The notes below the pieces were generated by a model, which did no database searches, was not told the origin of the DNA, and saw nothing but the letters and a program-made list of their open reading frames with translations. A stretch of DNA of 52,976 nt, the filler included, from Streblomastix strix (taxonomy: Eukaryota): assembly GCA_008636045.1 (NCBI GenBank). It is 2 parts of 2 records of this genome, joined end to end, with 100 filler letters (N's around TTAATTAATTAA, not from the genome) between each part and the next. Parts side by side here need not be neighbours in the genome. Positions count along the whole stretch, not along the records: positions 26,576 to 52,976 come from SNRW01000166.1; 1 more part is not named here. One strand, given 5' to 3'. This document shows positions 50,201 through 52,976 of the stretch, piece by piece. How positions within the stretch are numbered: the stretch's first letter is position 1; each line of letters opens with the position of its first letter. The translations under genes were made by a program, and so were the position numbers.

Positions 50201-52976
50201 ATATTAACTCTATCCTCTTCCAACTATTTAATATCCAGATAAAAACCCAATTAATCTCAGAATTTCTGTTCCTGTTGTTGTTTCTGAATCAACTATTCCA
50301 TTTTATAGATAATAACCATAAAAACAATAAATTGTAAATAGACCAACAACACAACCAGGATAATAAAGATGTAACATTAGAGGAAGCGCAATATAAACGT
50401 ATGAAGACAGCCTTGATAATTTAAATGAATAATAGTAAAAATTAAATTAAATTCGTTCTAATTCTCAGAAACAAATTCCACTAGGCGAAATTGGCTATGC
50501 TTTGAAAAAAGCTCCAATTTTCCCATTAAATGATAATATAAATGATTAATAATATTTAAGTCAAAGATTATAAAGTGCACCTGGTATGATGAGATAAAAC
50601 TTAAATAAATAGTATAATGAATAGCAGTAATTGTAATAATTAAATATATAGTCTGAATAATAAAAAATAGAAAATGTATTGCAAAATTCTGATAAAAATG
50701 ATATAGATAAAGAAGTTGAAAATGATAAAGAATCGATTTCATCATAGATATAAGCTATTCGAATGAAAGATTATGAATAAATTAAATTATTTCAAGAAAC
50801 TCACACACTTATAACAGCTTATAATACGAGACCTACATTTGACATATAAATGAAAAATAATGTAAATGATAATTTATCAAAATAAAAATTCAATTCAAGA
50901 AAATTAAATAATAAATATTTAAGGACAGAATCTGGCATATAATTATATCAATAAGCTTTACTTGAGAGAAGAAAAGAGAATGCTTTGCCTGCTACATACA
51001 GATCATATCGCTCATATGAGACTTAACCTTCATAAAGATTAAATAATAATGTTAACAATAATATAAGTAATAATAATTTAAATCAGTTATCGCACAGATC
51101 AAAAAATGTTAAATAAACTACTTAAGAAAGTGGTCAGGGAAAATAAATTGTTAATTTATTTTCAAAATAAAACTAATCATTCTCTCGTTAGTTGCTCTTT
51201 GGAGAGATTAAAACTGAATAAAGGAAAAATGCAGATTAATAATAAAATATCAACATAATAGAATAAGATTAAATCAAATTGGATAATATGAAGTAAATAT
51301 AAAATAACAATAATATAAATGAATAAATACCAGAACGTGAACTTACTTCTGTATCAGAATAGCCTGTTTATTAATCAGATCACAACTAAGAACAAGAAAA
51401 TTAAAATAAAATAGATTCACGTCTTATTGATGATATTTTGAATAAGAAAAGTTTCTTTGGAAGTAGTGTAGCATTACTTGAATAAGATTTAAATAATAAG
51501 AAAAAACTAGGAAATGATTAGATAAATAATGATTATGAATAATAATAGATAAACTTACCTTAATAGCCAAAAGATCTCAATTAATAAAACTAATTTCTTT
51601 CTGGTTCAACATCATTTTGAAGTAATCCATTCTTCTTCCCACATCCCAATGAATTCAGTCTTCTGGACATAAAAAAACAGATTTTGTCTCAAAAATCATT
51701 GAATTCTTAAACGGAGAAATCAACTCAGTAAATTGAGAGAGAAAGAAAAAGATAGGAACAAAGAAAATAATAGAATTTGAAATAAAGTTAAATGTAATTA
51801 TAAGTTGAAAAAGAAGAAGAAATTTAATAAGAATAAGAAATATATTAAAATGAATAATAAGAAAAATAAAAAAATGATGAAAAAAATGAAAAATAAGTGG
51901 AACTATAAAACATTTGTGAATAAAATTAAGAAAAAAATGAAAATGAAAAATAAAAAAATGAATAAGAAGAATAATAGAAAGAAATAAAAACTTCATCAGC
52001 AGGGTTAGTAACAACAACGTTATCAACAACTTAAACTGAAGGAAAAAATGATTTAAATGAATTGCAAAAAGAAATTTAAAAAGCGAAAGAAAAACAGCAT
52101 GAAATGGATAAAATTAAAATAAATCAATAATTAGATTAAAAAACTTAAATAATTTAATAGGAAGAAACTGCTGAGCAAAGAAAGCAACGAGACTAAGCTC
52201 GGATTCGCGAAATTGAAGCTATGCTTAATTATAACAGTAATATTATTACATTTGGAGTACGTGGGAAAAATATGGGTAAAAGTATTGATGCAGAAAAATA
52301 AGAAAAAAATAATGAATAAAAATAGCAGGAGCAAGAAAATAATAATGAAAAAACAAATAAGTCACCTCGACCAAATACTACAGGATCAAAAAGAAAAAGC
52401 TTAAATTTGAGGTCATCATCCAATAGAAGAAAGAAAGAAAGGAAATAATAATCTTAGAAATAGGAATAAGATCAATTAATATTAAAAAGCATTTCACCGC
52501 AAATATATTCCACAGAAAGAACAAACATTTCAACATTGAATCAAACATTATCTAGTGGGAGTCCTGAAAATAGTACTAGTGCAACAATTAGTATCACTTA
52601 AACTTTAAATAGTTAGAAAAACTTTGGAAATCCTAATATGAGCGAAAGAAATAATGCAAATGCAAATGCAAATATACCACAATTCAACATTTCACAAACA
52701 GAAAGAATTCAAACAAATCGGCCAAACACTTCAGATGAAAGAATTCGAGGTAGAAATCTGTATCCAAATAGTTTGACACAAAGAAACTTCAATTAAAATA
52801 AACACATTGCCAATGCTGGATTAATGCTTGCTTCTACATCAATAGCATAACCATCATTTGGATCATCAGCAATAACATCTCGAATATTTGTTTCGCCACA
52901 AATCCCATCTGAATATACGTCTCCAAAAATATCCAAGAGACCATATGCATTAATTAAAGGTTTTGGAAGACCAATT
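47212..52976 (+). CDS. Large spliced coiled-coil, Gln/Asn-rich host protein running off the window; single in-frame TGA at 51618
   Basis: MALQELVMHGDVSEALINRVQRG..., about four introns (the first two have uncertain phase), then an exon from 48302 that is open in code 6 to the window end apart from one TGA. Confidence 0.72.

Noticed and set aside
43770..52423. Hydrophobic Phe/Leu/Ile-rich or Lys/Met-rich standard-code ORFs as membrane or basic proteins
   Set aside because: They are antisense or off-frame readings of K/E/Q-rich exons of the two host genes.

Overview
Very AT-rich eukaryotic DNA that reads coherently only when TAA/TAG encode Gln (genetic code 6, TGA stop) and short GT-AG introns are removed. 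The standard-code ORF track is therefore mostly misleading. An oxymonad such as Streblomastix is the best guess for the host (inference). An N-padded TTAATTAATTAA linker at 26476-26575 probably joins two unrelated contigs. The left part holds a tandem ARM/HEAT-like repeat gene, a small TIR element and an ~18-kb, intronless, code-6 endogenous Polinton-like virus (about 8.5-26.5 kb, cut by the gap). That virus encodes a Prim-Pol primase fused to an SF3 helicase, an intact Fic protein, fibre and receptor-binding proteins, an amphipathic protein upstream of a probable major capsid protein (interrupted by a MITE), KilA-N and an A32-like packaging ATPase. The right part holds remnants of a second, distinct Polinton-like element that begins at a 207-bp AGTAGT...ACTACT hairpin, a decayed Tc1-like transposase, a full-length but decayed DIRS retrotransposon, a long-TIR foldback element and two large spliced host genes. 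All translations were done by eye, and family calls without hallmark motifs are inference.
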